A DNA stretch of 64,000 nucleotides from Candidatus Woesearchaeota archaeon (lineage in GTDB: Archaea > Nanobdellota > Nanobdellia > Pacearchaeales > GW2011-AR1), in NCBI GenBank assembly GCA_964621025.1, contig CAZUKQ010000001.1:79288-143287 (forward strand). The letters run 5' to 3'. The notes under the pieces were generated by a model. The model saw nothing but the letters and a program-made list of their open reading frames with translations, was not told the origin of the DNA and did no database searches. This document shows, piece after piece, positions 9,416 to 18,857 of this stretch (position 1 is the first letter of the stretch; each line of letters begins with the position of its first letter). A program made the position numbers and the translations under genes.

Positions 9416-9691
9416 ATGGATAACAATGGAATCACGCATGGTGTAAATCATTACAATTCATTTGAGGAATATTGTTTGAAGAATCCAGATTCTAGTGAGA
9501 TGTGTAGAGAAGTTATTCGAGTTTCTATGGAACAAGGAGTTTATGATTTTCCATTTATTCAAATTGATATGAACCATCCTTACCAAAAAAAGCTGAAAGA
9601 TGGAATTGAGTCTTTCTTGAAAAGACTAAATGATTTTGAAGAGAGAGGAAGAAAGAGTCCTAGCAAACTTATCTTCAAAACAGCTGCTTAA
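9416..9691 (+). CDS. Hypothetical protein (91 aa)
   Basis: ORF only. Confidence 0.4.
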   Translation: MDNNGITHGVNHYNSFEEYCLKNPDSSEMCREVIRVSMEQGVYDFPFIQIDMNHPYQKKLKDGIESFLKRLNDFEERGRKSPSKLIFKTAA

Positions 9692-10416
9692 AACAAACCT
9701 TTCTTTCTAATTCCTAAATCTGTAATTTCAAAGATTAATTCTTTTTCTGGAAGTGAACGATGTTTTTTCAATATTAATTTTCTTCTTCCGCCTTGATTCT
9801 TTAATTCTATTATACACTTGCTCCAATATTTTAGCAAATCTCCACCGACCATTGAAACTTGTTTTTCTTTTGCTTCATTTTCATCTCGCGAGAAAGAAGA
9901 ATAAACCTGGTTTGTTACCAGTACAGGAATATTTTGTTTTCTGGCGATTTCATTTAATATTCTTAGCTGATTAGCTAATTTTCTATTTACTGCTTGAATC
10001 TGTTCGCTTTCTTGCGATTTTATTGCGTCGCCGAGTTCTAGTCTATACAACATTGCAATGCTGTCAATAATTATTAGAGAAACATTTCCTGTTTTAATTT
10101 GTTTTAAGAGAGTCTCAAATGCTTGTTCTTGTTCTTCGAATGATGTTGGTTTTAATATGAAAATATTCTGCAAGGTTTTTTCTAGAAGTTCCTTGTTTCG
10201 GTCTACCATCTGATAAACTCTGTCTGAAGAAAATCCCCCTTCGGTATCAATGTAAATTACTTTCTCGCCTTTGCTCGCTCTGCTCACTGCGGCTAGCAAA
10301 CATATGTTTGTTTTTCCGCTCCCACCCGGACCGTAAAGTGTGGAGATTATGTCTTTCTCATAACCGCCATGGAGAAACTTATTGAGTTCGAAATCACCAG
10401 CTGAAATTTTTTCCAT
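9688..10416 (-). CDS. radB: RadB-like recombinase paralog (RecA/RadA superfamily)
   Basis: Walker A GPGGSGKTN and Walker B LIIIDS. 242 aa with no N-terminal HhH domain, which suggests RadB rather than RadA. Confidence 0.75.
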   Translation of the reverse strand: MEKISAGDFELNKFLHGGYEKDIISTLYGPGGSGKTNICLLAAVSRASKGEKVIYIDTEGGFSSDRVYQMVDRNKELLEKTLQNIFILKPTSFEEQEQAFETLLKQIKTGNVSLIIIDSIAMLYRLELGDAIKSQESEQIQAVNRKLANQLRILNEIARKQNIPVLVTNQVYSSFSRDENEAKEKQVSMVGGDLLKYWSKCIIELKNQGGRRKLILKKHRSLPEKELIFEITDLGIRKKGLF

Positions 10417-10448
10417 ATAACTCTATCTGCTAATTTGGTTATTAAGGA

Positions 10449-10898
10449 TTATTGTGGTATAATGTTATCTAAACCACAACTCTGAAGAACGGCTAGCCTT
10501 TGTTTGAGGATTATATCTGTAATCATCTTTTTAGATAAACCTAATTTTTTGTATCCCTTTCTCATATGTCTTTCATAACTAACCAATTGTTTTAGGGGTG
10601 TTTTTGTTGCGTCAATTTTTTCAGCATAAAGTAAAACAAGGGGTTGATAAGAATTCATTGCCCTAATGCTGTCGTGATAGGATTCTCTGAAATTATAACT
10701 TGTCGGAAAAAGACTTTCTGTAGATTTATCAAATTTCTTTATGGCAGCATCATTTACCTCTATTAAAATTCCGAGCAATTCTTTTTCTTTAAGTTCTTCT
10801 CCTGCAACATCTAATAGTCTTTGATTTATGGACTTCTGAGAATCTTCCAGCACTTCTTTCATAGTAAGTATTATTTTTTCTAGTGTTTGGTCTTTCAT
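10449..10898 (-). CDS. Hypothetical protein (149 aa)
   Basis: ORF only. Confidence 0.45.
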   Translation of the reverse strand: MKDQTLEKIILTMKEVLEDSQKSINQRLLDVAGEELKEKELLGILIEVNDAAIKKFDKSTESLFPTSYNFRESYHDSIRAMNSYQPLVLLYAEKIDATKTPLKQLVSYERHMRKGYKKLGLSKKMITDIILKQRLAVLQSCGLDNIIPQ

Positions 10899-10943
10899 TA
10901 AAATATTTAGAAAATTGTGTTATTAAGGATTATTATACTAGAA

Positions 10944-11210
10944 TTACTTAATTTTCTTGAAGTCTGCTTCAAGGGTAGCTAAATCTTTTTGAACAGATTC
11001 GATTGCTTTTTGTACTAATTTCTTAGGGTGCTCAGCTTCTATGTGTAAGATAGGATTCTTGGAAGGGTGGTCTCTTCTCCATGCAGCCATTTTAGCGCCT
11101 TCTTTATTCAAGTAAACTCTCATTAGTTCAACAACTGTAACACTATCTATTTCAATATCCATAGAGTTCTTATCTTCATTAATTACTTTAATTTCCATAG
11201 GATTAAACAT
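10944..11210 (-). CDS. rpoL: DNA-directed RNA polymerase subunit L (Rpo11)
   Basis: 88 aa. Pattern VTVVELMRVYL...AAWRRDHPSKNPILHIEA resembles Rpo11/RpoL. Confidence 0.6.
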   Translation of the reverse strand: MFNPMEIKVINEDKNSMDIEIDSVTVVELMRVYLNKEGAKMAAWRRDHPSKNPILHIEAEHPKKLVQKAIESVQKDLATLEADFKKIK

Positions 11211-11220
11211 AAAATTGGGT

Positions 11221-13287
11221 TTAAAAGGGTTTTGATTCCGATTTTGAGACTATTTTACTGGTTCCGTCTTTTTGAATCTTGATGATATTGTCCACAAAAC
11301 CCTCTATTTTCTGCTCGTGACTGACCAAGATTATCTGTTCTGACTTTAACTGCTCAAATATATCTCTCATCTTATCTAACTGCTGCTCTGAGAAGCCGTC
11401 TGTCGGTTCGTCTAGAATAATTATGTCTTTAGTCTTTAGATTTGACATCATTGAGTTAAGTATCTGATTAAGTGCAAGTCTGTAGGCTAAAGCGACAGCA
11501 GTTCTCTCCCCACCCGAAAGGAAATCATAGTCTACCTCATAATCTTGATTTGTAATAACCGGTGTGAAGTCTTCATCCAATCTGACAGAAAGCGAATCTT
11601 CTACAAGAGTGGTAAACCATTCGTTAATTATCTTTGAGAAGTCACTTCTTAATTTTGCCAAAACATTTTTCTCGGTCAGTGCAATGATGCTCAGAAATTT
11701 TTCTTGTAGCCAATCTTGAAGTGATCTTAAGTAAATAATCTGTGAACGAACTTTTTCTTTTTTCAAAATTGTTTCTGTTGTTTCTTCGATTCTCTGTTTC
11801 AATAACTCCAACTCTTTTCTTTTTTCTGCAGAAGAAATTTCTAATCTTCTGACTATTAAATTTTGTTCATCAAGAGAAAGTCTTTTTTTGTTGAAATTGT
11901 CTTGTGTAAGCTCAAATGTTTTAGACTTTGCCTTTAGCTCTTCAGTGATTCTCTTTATTTCTTTCATTTCTTCCAGAACTCTCTCTAAGAAAAATGAATC
12001 ACTTTTTATTTTCGTATCAATAACTTTGTAATGTTCTGAACGGATTCTATCTCTTTCCAAATTTGCCTTGTCTTCTTCATAACCTCTAACGAGAATTTTT
12101 GCTTTTTCTATATCTTTGAAGATTGTTTCTCTTTCGAAGAATTTTGGTTCCATCTCAACGTTAATTTCTTCTATCTCTAACTGAGCTCTCTTGGAAATTT
12201 TGTCTTTATGCTCTGGATTTACTGACTGGAAACAGGTTGGACAGTTTTCTAAAGAGGTTACCTTATGTTTTGTTTGGTGTGAGTTTTCTTTTCTTGCATT
12301 TAATACGGACAGTTGTGAATTAACTTCCATTAGTCTGTTGTTTAGTTCGTCTAGCACTTTTTTGTGTTTTATTATTAAAAGCTGAACTGCCTGAAGTTTA
12401 TCTAAGGAAAAGTCAATTGGTTCTTTTATTTCATTTTGATTAGAATAAATTTCTCTTTGTAATCTTGACTTTATTGCCTCTTTCCCTTGTAATTCTGTTT
12501 CTCTTCTACTTACTTCAGAATCCATTTTCATTTTTTCTTCCAAGGAGTTTCTTAAGGCGTTAACTTCACTTTCTATTTTCATTTTTTCTTCGTTTTTTTG
12601 ATTCAGTTCAATTGAAAGATTGTTTATTTCTTTGGCAATCAAAATTTTCTTTTCTGTATCTCTTGTGAGTCTTTCTCTGTAACTTGCAATCTCTCCTATT
12701 TCTACTTCTTTTATTTTCACTGCGTCTTTTACCTGTTGTAACAACAGCGTCGCGTTTTCTTTTATTCTCTTATAACGATCTATTCCAAAAATGTGTCTTA
12801 AGGTGTCTAGTCTTATTTCCGGTTTTTCCTGAATAATAGATTTCATTTCTTCTTGAGGTGTGTAAACTGTGAACTTGTAAAGGAGGTTAGACTTTTTAGC
12901 GAATTCTTTTGGATAATCCAACAAAGAGATAACTTTATTTTTCATTTCAGAAGTGGATATTTCTTCTTCTTTTCCGTCTATTGTTAAAACGTTTTTTTCC
13001 TGAGTTATACTTCCGTTCTTAGCTTTCTTTATTGTTCTGTTAATGATTACTTCTTCCCCATCTATTTCTAATTCTAAAGTAACTTCTGCGTTGTCCTCGC
13101 CATTTCTTAGAATTGAAGCACCTTTTTGCCCGGGTTGTAAACCAAACAAAGCAAACTGTAATGCTAATAAGATAGAAGTTTTTCCTGCACCAATATTACC
13201 AGATAACAAAGTTGAACCTCTTGGAAAAACAATTTCAAAGTTAGAATAACTTCTAATGTTGACCATTTTTAATTTTCTGAAAATCAT
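11221..13287 (-). CDS. rad50: Rad50 ATPase (short coiled-coil form, 688 aa)
   Basis: Walker A GNIGAGKTSIL, zinc hook CPTC in mid coiled coil, signature LSGGE, Walker B IIILDEPT. Confidence 0.9.
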   Translation of the reverse strand: MIFRKLKMVNIRSYSNFEIVFPRGSTLLSGNIGAGKTSILLALQFALFGLQPGQKGASILRNGEDNAEVTLELEIDGEEVIINRTIKKAKNGSITQEKNVLTIDGKEEEISTSEMKNKVISLLDYPKEFAKKSNLLYKFTVYTPQEEMKSIIQEKPEIRLDTLRHIFGIDRYKRIKENATLLLQQVKDAVKIKEVEIGEIASYRERLTRDTEKKILIAKEINNLSIELNQKNEEKMKIESEVNALRNSLEEKMKMDSEVSRRETELQGKEAIKSRLQREIYSNQNEIKEPIDFSLDKLQAVQLLIIKHKKVLDELNNRLMEVNSQLSVLNARKENSHQTKHKVTSLENCPTCFQSVNPEHKDKISKRAQLEIEEINVEMEPKFFERETIFKDIEKAKILVRGYEEDKANLERDRIRSEHYKVIDTKIKSDSFFLERVLEEMKEIKRITEELKAKSKTFELTQDNFNKKRLSLDEQNLIVRRLEISSAEKRKELELLKQRIEETTETILKKEKVRSQIIYLRSLQDWLQEKFLSIIALTEKNVLAKLRSDFSKIINEWFTTLVEDSLSVRLDEDFTPVITNQDYEVDYDFLSGGERTAVALAYRLALNQILNSMMSNLKTKDIIILDEPTDGFSEQQLDKMRDIFEQLKSEQIILVSHEQKIEGFVDNIIKIQKDGTSKIVSKSESKPF

Positions 13288-14225
13288 CTTAGAACCTCCA
13301 ATATCTCCTCTTCAGAACACTGTACGGAATGATTTTTTTCATCGAAGGCAAAAATAAGTTCACCTTTCTTATCTGCCTTCATTATTTCTAATGCTTTTGT
13401 TTTGTCAAAATTTATAGGTAACTCTGTTGGAAGGTTATATTTTTTCAGAAGGTCTACTAATCTTAATCTACTTTCTTTTGAAGCTAGACCTTTCTTTATT
13501 GCAAGGTCTATTTCTTTTACCATTCCAATGGAGATTGCTTGGCCATGTTTTAATCCGTGTAATAGTTCTATTGAATGCCCTATTGTGTGACCAAAATTTA
13601 ATGTGTGTCTAACATTTTGGTCTCTTTCATCTTTTTCTATAATCTCCGTCTTTATTTTACAACACTCTAAAATAACTTTTTCTAAATTTTCCTCTGATAA
13701 GTCTAAAATTGAATCGTAACTTGGCTTTCCAAACATTAAAGAATATTTTATTATTTCTGCCATACCCTCACTAAACTCTTGTTGAGGTAATGTTTTCAAA
13801 AAATCTAAGTCGAGGATTATCTTATTAGGCATATAAATTGTTCCCACATAATTTTTCTTTTCTCCTAAATTTACTCCATTTTTACCACCTAGACTGCTGT
13901 CAACCATAGCAAGCAAAGATGTTGGAACGTGAATTAACTCTATGCCTCTTTTGTAAGTAGAAGCCACAAATCCTGCTAAGTCACCTACTACTCCACCGCC
14001 AAAGGCAATAATTGTTTGGGGATTAATTTTTTCTAAGTCTTTAATTATCTTGGTGTAAGTTTCTAAATTCTTACTTTCTTCGCCGGCAGGAATAACAAAA
14101 GTGTCTTTTCTAATTAGGTTTGGAAAAAGTTTTTGTAAATTTGTATCGGTGATTACAAATCCTTCTGGAAGACCTCCCTTTAGTAAACCTCTTCCTACTT
14201 CAAGAGTATAATTCTTGAAAATCAT
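13284..14225 (-). CDS. 3-dehydroquinate synthase family (sugar-phosphate cyclase) protein
   Basis: GGGVVGDLAGFVASTYKRGIELIHVPTSLLAMVDSSLGGKNGVN and RHTLNFGHTIGHSIE are hallmark AroB-family motifs. It has 4-nt overlaps with both mre11 and rad50. Confidence 0.75.
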   Translation of the reverse strand: MIFKNYTLEVGRGLLKGGLPEGFVITDTNLQKLFPNLIRKDTFVIPAGEESKNLETYTKIIKDLEKINPQTIIAFGGGVVGDLAGFVASTYKRGIELIHVPTSLLAMVDSSLGGKNGVNLGEKKNYVGTIYMPNKIILDLDFLKTLPQQEFSEGMAEIIKYSLMFGKPSYDSILDLSEENLEKVILECCKIKTEIIEKDERDQNVRHTLNFGHTIGHSIELLHGLKHGQAISIGMVKEIDLAIKKGLASKESRLRLVDLLKKYNLPTELPINFDKTKALEIMKADKKGELIFAFDEKNHSVQCSEEEILEVLR

Positions 14226-15409
14226 AATATTTCTCCTAAGTTTAAAATATGTTTAAGTTCTGCCATCAGCCTGTTTTCAAATATAACTGATTTTTCATCC
14301 TCATTCTTTTCTATTGAAAGGGCGTTCATTAATTGTGGAATAAACTTGTTAAAATCTGCAGGATTTTTTTCTGAATATTCTTCAATTATTTTTTCTTCAA
14401 TGTTTTCAACTTCTTCTGATTCAATTACAATGTCTGCTTCCTGAATCTTTACTGAAGAAATGTTTCTGAGAAAAACAAAAGCTCCTTTTTTATGAACGAA
14501 ATCTTCTATCTCATTGAATCTAACATCGCCCATCTTTCCTTGAGTAAGGGTTCCAGTTAACTTTAACAAGAATATTTTATCGGCGATGTTAATTCTGTCT
14601 ATTTCTTCTATTATTTTTTCCGTCGCTGTTAAACCATCTGTTAGAGGTATTTCTTTGTAGACAACTTCTTTCAGGGGCATTTTTATGTTTTCTACTTTCA
14701 GACTCCCATTTGTAACCTGACATAGGTTAAAGCTCCCATATTTCAAATCGGCTAGCTCTTGAAAGTTGTTTGGATAGATTGGACCGGGATATGCAAATGT
14801 CGATGTTGCTTCTGTTTTTTTGAAAACTTGGTGAATATGACCCATTGCATAATAATCTGCTATAGGTAATTTTAATTTGTCAATTGAATCCATTGGAAGA
14901 TTTCCTACTACATCGGAGATTGTTGTGTGAATCATAAAAATTGTGTATGGGTAAACTGAGTCGAAATAAACTTTTCGCAAGTCTTCTATTTCCATACCAG
15001 ATTTTCTTCCAGGGTAACCAAAAATTGCTATTTCTTCAAAAAATGTTGGTTTTAGTTTTATGTTTCCATCTTCTTGAACTTCATGATTTTCTACATTTAT
15101 ACAAAATCCTCCTTTCTCTAAAACATCTAAAAAGGTTTTTCCGGAGGCTGAGAAGTCGTGTGAACCTGCAATTAAGAATACAGGGATTCCTGCTTCTTTT
15201 ATTTTTTTAAATTCGGAGAATGTTTCTTTTAAAATCTCAATTGGAGGGTAGGCGGAATCAAATAAGTCTCCAGCCATTAAAATGAAGTCAACTCTTTCTT
15301 CTATGCTTCGCTCTATTGCCTTCTGGAATGATTTGAAGTTAAGGTCTTGCAACTCTTGTTGTCTCCAGCTTCCCAAATGACAGTCCGCGAAATGTGCAAA
15401 TTTTACCAT
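14222..15409 (-). CDS. mre11: Mre11 nuclease
   Basis: Phosphoesterase motifs FAHFADCHLG, AGDLFD, GSHD and GHIH. Confidence 0.9.
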   Translation of the reverse strand: MVKFAHFADCHLGSWRQQELQDLNFKSFQKAIERSIEERVDFILMAGDLFDSAYPPIEILKETFSEFKKIKEAGIPVFLIAGSHDFSASGKTFLDVLEKGGFCINVENHEVQEDGNIKLKPTFFEEIAIFGYPGRKSGMEIEDLRKVYFDSVYPYTIFMIHTTISDVVGNLPMDSIDKLKLPIADYYAMGHIHQVFKKTEATSTFAYPGPIYPNNFQELADLKYGSFNLCQVTNGSLKVENIKMPLKEVVYKEIPLTDGLTATEKIIEEIDRINIADKIFLLKLTGTLTQGKMGDVRFNEIEDFVHKKGAFVFLRNISSVKIQEADIVIESEEVENIEEKIIEEYSEKNPADFNKFIPQLMNALSIEKNEDEKSVIFENRLMAELKHILNLGEIL

Positions 15410-15502
15410 AGACGGTAAAATGCCTTTTGGTTTATAAGTATTTATGAGGTGAACTTTACAAAGTTAGACTAATGATTCAGAGATTTCATGACTAAAGAGT
15501 AA

Positions 15503-16288
15503 TCAGCACACTTTGAAAAGTTCGGTTGGAGAAGTTTTTAGTGAAAGAGTTAATTTAGGTTTTAGGTCTGAACGTTCTTTCAAAAATTTATGATGCGTAT
15601 TAAAAGCTAATTTTTGAGTGTTATTATTTTCGCTTATGTGACAAAGCATAAGATGATTAAGTTTTTTACTGGCGTGTTCTAAAACGCAAGCAGCTGATTG
15701 AACATTGGAAAGGTGACCCGTATCACTTTTTATCCATTTTTTTGTCGGCCAAGGGTATGGGCCTTCGTTTAACATTTTATCGTCGTAGTTACTTTCCATA
15801 CATAAGAAATCGGAAGTTGAAACAGCTTCAATAACATTTTTACAGGCGTGCCCTGCATCAGTGATTACTGAAATTTTCTTGTTGTTATTTAAAATAGAAA
15901 AAGAAACAGGGTCAGCAGATTGATGTGATTTAGCAAAAGCTTGGACTTCCATTTTACCAATTTCTGTGATCTCATTGTTTTTGATAGGAATTATCAAATC
16001 TTCATTTGAGCAAATAAACCTTGACCCAATAATCTTCCTTGGAACATAAATAGGTATATTAAAATTTCTCGCGAAAACATCGATGCCTTTTATGTGGTCT
16101 GAATGTTCGTGAGTGAGAAAAATTCCTCGAATATTCTTCTGATCTCTTTTTAATTCTGATAGTCTCAATAAAATTTGTTTGCAAGAAATTCCTGCATCTA
16201 TTAATATTGCATCGGTCTTTCCTTTGAACGAATTTTCTATATAGAAACAATTCCCAGAACTTCCGCTAGCTAGTGCTGAAACAAACAT
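15503..16288 (-). CDS. Metallo-beta-lactamase-fold hydrolase
   Basis: HEHSDH motif, followed by downstream Asp/His residues typical of the MBL fold. Confidence 0.75.
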   Translation of the reverse strand: MFVSALASGSSGNCFYIENSFKGKTDAILIDAGISCKQILLRLSELKRDQKNIRGIFLTHEHSDHIKGIDVFARNFNIPIYVPRKIIGSRFICSNEDLIIPIKNNEITEIGKMEVQAFAKSHQSADPVSFSILNNNKKISVITDAGHACKNVIEAVSTSDFLCMESNYDDKMLNEGPYPWPTKKWIKSDTGHLSNVQSAACVLEHASKKLNHLMLCHISENNNTQKLAFNTHHKFLKERSDLKPKLTLSLKTSPTELFKVC

Positions 16289-16356
16289 CTGAAAAGCCCT
16301 CTTTAATTTTTAACATAGGACATTACAAGAATTGTTGATTAAAAGGATTTGTATTT

Positions 16357-17352
16357 CTATTTCCAACTTACTACAACATCATCGGTTCTTTCTCGTGGTT
16401 GAATATCCACTTTATCAAAGTCTTTTGGCTCGAAATATAAACCTTTCTTGAACATCTTTAGCCCGAGATAGCCAATCATGCCCGCGTTATCAACTAATAA
16501 AGACATTGGTGGGCAGAAATATTTGACTCCTCGCTCTTCACACATCTTTTTGCACATTTCTTGAAGTCTAGCGTTACAGGCAACTCCTCCGCCGAGCAAA
16601 AGTTCTTTCTTTCCGGTGTGAGCTATTGCTCTTTCTGAAGCTTCGACTAACATTGCGAAAACTGTTTCTTGCATTGAGAAAGCCAGGTCTTCTTTTTTAG
16701 AACCCTTTTCAAATAACTGTTTAAGCTTTGTTTGCAAACCTGAAAACGCAACGTCCATTCCCTTTATTGAATATGGAAGTTCAATGTACTCTTTTGATTG
16801 TTCTGCTAGTTTTTGCACCTTTGGTCCGCCTGGAAAGCCCAAACCAATGTGTCTTGCGAATGTGTCAATGAAATTTCCGACACCTACATCAAGCGTTTCA
16901 CCGAATACTCTATATTTTTCTGATTCATATGCAATAATTTGTGTATTAGCTCCGGAGGCGTAAAGCATTACTGGATCTTTTGCACCTACTGTTTCTCCTA
17001 TTTCTAAATGTGCAACGCAGTGGTTTACTGGAACGATTGAAACTCCTAGCTTTTCTCCTATTTTTTTTGCAAATCTCATTCCTTCTACTAAACAAGGAGC
17101 TAATCCTGGAGCATTGGAAAATGCGACGGCTTCTATTTGTTTTTCTTCGATTTTCGCCTCAGTCAATGCTTTTTCGTATAAACCATCACAGATTTGTTTA
17201 TGGTGTTCTGCAACTTTATGAGGAATCATTCCGCCTTCGCCGTCTTCGGTTGTGAATGAATCCTTGATGTTTACTATAATCTTTCCAGAATTATCTAGCA
17301 CAGCTACTCCGAATGTGTGTGCTGTAGACTCTATTCCTAATACATATTTCAT
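16357..17352 (-). CDS. kae1: Kae1, tRNA N6-adenosine threonylcarbamoyltransferase (no Bud32 fusion)
   Basis: GIESTAHTFGVAV start, HCVAHLE motif, 331 aa. Confidence 0.9.
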   Translation of the reverse strand: MKYVLGIESTAHTFGVAVLDNSGKIIVNIKDSFTTEDGEGGMIPHKVAEHHKQICDGLYEKALTEAKIEEKQIEAVAFSNAPGLAPCLVEGMRFAKKIGEKLGVSIVPVNHCVAHLEIGETVGAKDPVMLYASGANTQIIAYESEKYRVFGETLDVGVGNFIDTFARHIGLGFPGGPKVQKLAEQSKEYIELPYSIKGMDVAFSGLQTKLKQLFEKGSKKEDLAFSMQETVFAMLVEASERAIAHTGKKELLLGGGVACNARLQEMCKKMCEERGVKYFCPPMSLLVDNAGMIGYLGLKMFKKGLYFEPKDFDKVDIQPRERTDDVVVSWK

Positions 17353-17476
17353 GTAAAGGATAAAAAATTATAGTATAAAAATATATAGAAAATGAAGATT
17401 AATTGATGAGCCCTCCCTCAGAGCCCATCAATTGAATATGATATAAAATATCAAAATTAAATTTGTTTAAAAAGAT

Positions 17477-17617
17477 TTACTTTTTCTTTTTAGCAGCAGC
17501 TTTCTTCTTCTTGCCGCCTCTTGCCATGATAGCTTCACATACGTTTCCTTTTCCGTCAACATAATACAAGCAACCAGGCTTTCTTACAACAACATTCTTA
17601 ACAATTATTTTTCCCAT
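17477..17617 (-). CDS. 46-aa basic protein with Lys-rich tail (absent from ORF track)
   Basis: Hand translation MGKIIVKNVVVRKPGCLYYVDGKGNVCEAIMARGGKKKKAAAKKKK. AGGAGG lies upstream on the minus strand (plus-strand cctcct at 17628-17633). Confidence 0.4.
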   Translation of the reverse strand: MGKIIVKNVVVRKPGCLYYVDGKGNVCEAIMARGGKKKKAAAKKKK

Positions 17618-17707
17618 TTTATTTGTCCTCCTTTCACCTCTTGTAAAGATGAGTTTATCAGTCAGGTTTTGTATTTAAATGTTTCTATTTCCCCTCGACA
17701 AAAGTCA

Positions 17708-18034
17708 TTATTTCCTAGTAAGCCTTTTTGTCGTCGGAAATGGAATTTCTAGTAAATACCTCCCTTTGCCTGAAAAGTTAGCGCCCCATTTTTTTATCTC
17801 GATGGATTTGGTAACTTTCATTTTGTCGTCGATCCATATTGCTTTAAACGGCTTACAGAAGAAAGAATGAATTGAAAGAGTTTGCTCTTTTCTGAATACA
17901 AATAACAACGGTGGTGAGCTTTTTCTGAACATTAGACCAGAAAATTTACTCCAATTAGACTTGCAGACTTTTACCTTAACAGTTATTCTTCTTTTTTTAT
18001 CATCCATGAAAGTAAAATTTTCTAGTGATTTCAT
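17708..18034 (-). CDS. DUF192-like protein
   Basis: The pattern PLLFVF...AIWIDDKMKV...YLLEIP resembles DUF192/COG1430. It overlaps the TrmB-like gene by 4 nt. Confidence 0.45.
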   Translation of the reverse strand: MKSLENFTFMDDKKRRITVKVKVCKSNWSKFSGLMFRKSSPPLLFVFRKEQTLSIHSFFCKPFKAIWIDDKMKVTKSIEIKKWGANFSGKGRYLLEIPFPTTKRLTRK

Positions 18035-18771
18035 TTTTTAGAAATAGTCCAAAGAACATTAAAATATTGTTTGAAACTTTCAGCGATAAATTTATTTTTT
18101 ATCATAAACACAAATGGTTTTTCGTCCCACATGAAAATATATACAAAATCTTCGAAGATATCTATTGCTGCTGGAGTGATGTAGCCTTTTGGTAAATATC
18201 TGACTTCAGTAAATTTTTCTTTTGCTCTGTCTTTTCCTAGTGTTTCTTTTGCTGAACTATCTAGAATAAGTTTAATTTTTTGTTTCTTTTGTGCTGACTT
18301 GAGATTCATGTTTGAGATAAATAGTCTTAGGGATTCTGATCTTGTCTTTGGTTCTGAGAAACCTAGAATAAAAATTTCTTCGTTGTTTGGGCAATCATCA
18401 ATAATTCTTTTGAATGCTGTTTTGAATCCTTCGTAACCTTCGTAAACTGCCGTAGATGTTTCTGCTTGTGAAGAGTTAATCATAGAGTTAAGGTGCGGCA
18501 TCATCTCTTGAATTTTTTTCTTTCGTTGTTCTTCTATTTCATTGAACTTGCTAGGGCTGGCAGCCTGGAAATGTTTTCCGTCTTTCTGAACATTATATGA
18601 GACAAGACCTTTGGATATTAATGAGTTAAGAGATTCGTAGACTCTAGAGTTAGCAATTCCTGTTTCTTTTATTATTGCTCCTGTTGTCGTCTCTCCAGCT
18701 TTCAAAAGAAAGAGATATATCGTCGATTCATTCTTCGTTAAGCCTAGTTCTTCAAGCAAGTTTGTTTGCAT
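18031..18771 (-). CDS. TrmB-family transcriptional regulator
   Basis: N-terminal wHTH LGLTKNESTIYLFLLKAGETTTGAIIKETGIANSRVYESLNSLISKGLV. Confidence 0.75.
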   Translation of the reverse strand: MQTNLLEELGLTKNESTIYLFLLKAGETTTGAIIKETGIANSRVYESLNSLISKGLVSYNVQKDGKHFQAASPSKFNEIEEQRKKKIQEMMPHLNSMINSSQAETSTAVYEGYEGFKTAFKRIIDDCPNNEEIFILGFSEPKTRSESLRLFISNMNLKSAQKKQKIKLILDSSAKETLGKDRAKEKFTEVRYLPKGYITPAAIDIFEDFVYIFMWDEKPFVFMIKNKFIAESFKQYFNVLWTISKK

Positions 18772-18857
18772 GTTGTCTAGAAGCAGTTTTCCTATATAAA
18801 TGTTTCTCCTTAACAGGAGAAATAAATGTTAACTAATGCTAATGATACTACTATTGT

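Noticed and set aside
13284-14225. Possibility that the AroB-like ORF is glycerol-1-phosphate dehydrogenase (EgsA), which shares the fold and would be expected in an archaeon
   Set aside because: The motif set, especially VDSSLGGKNGVN and RHTLNFGHTIGH, matches dehydroquinate-synthase-type cyclases better than the G1PDH pattern as I recall it. This should still be confirmed by a profile search.
17401-17433. Imperfect 11-bp inverted repeat AATTGATGAGC...GCCCATCAATT between the 46-aa ORF and kae1
   Set aside because: It has one mismatch and an 11-nt loop. It could be a terminator or operator, but nothing in the sequence distinguishes it from chance in this context. It is mentioned only as context for the small ORF.
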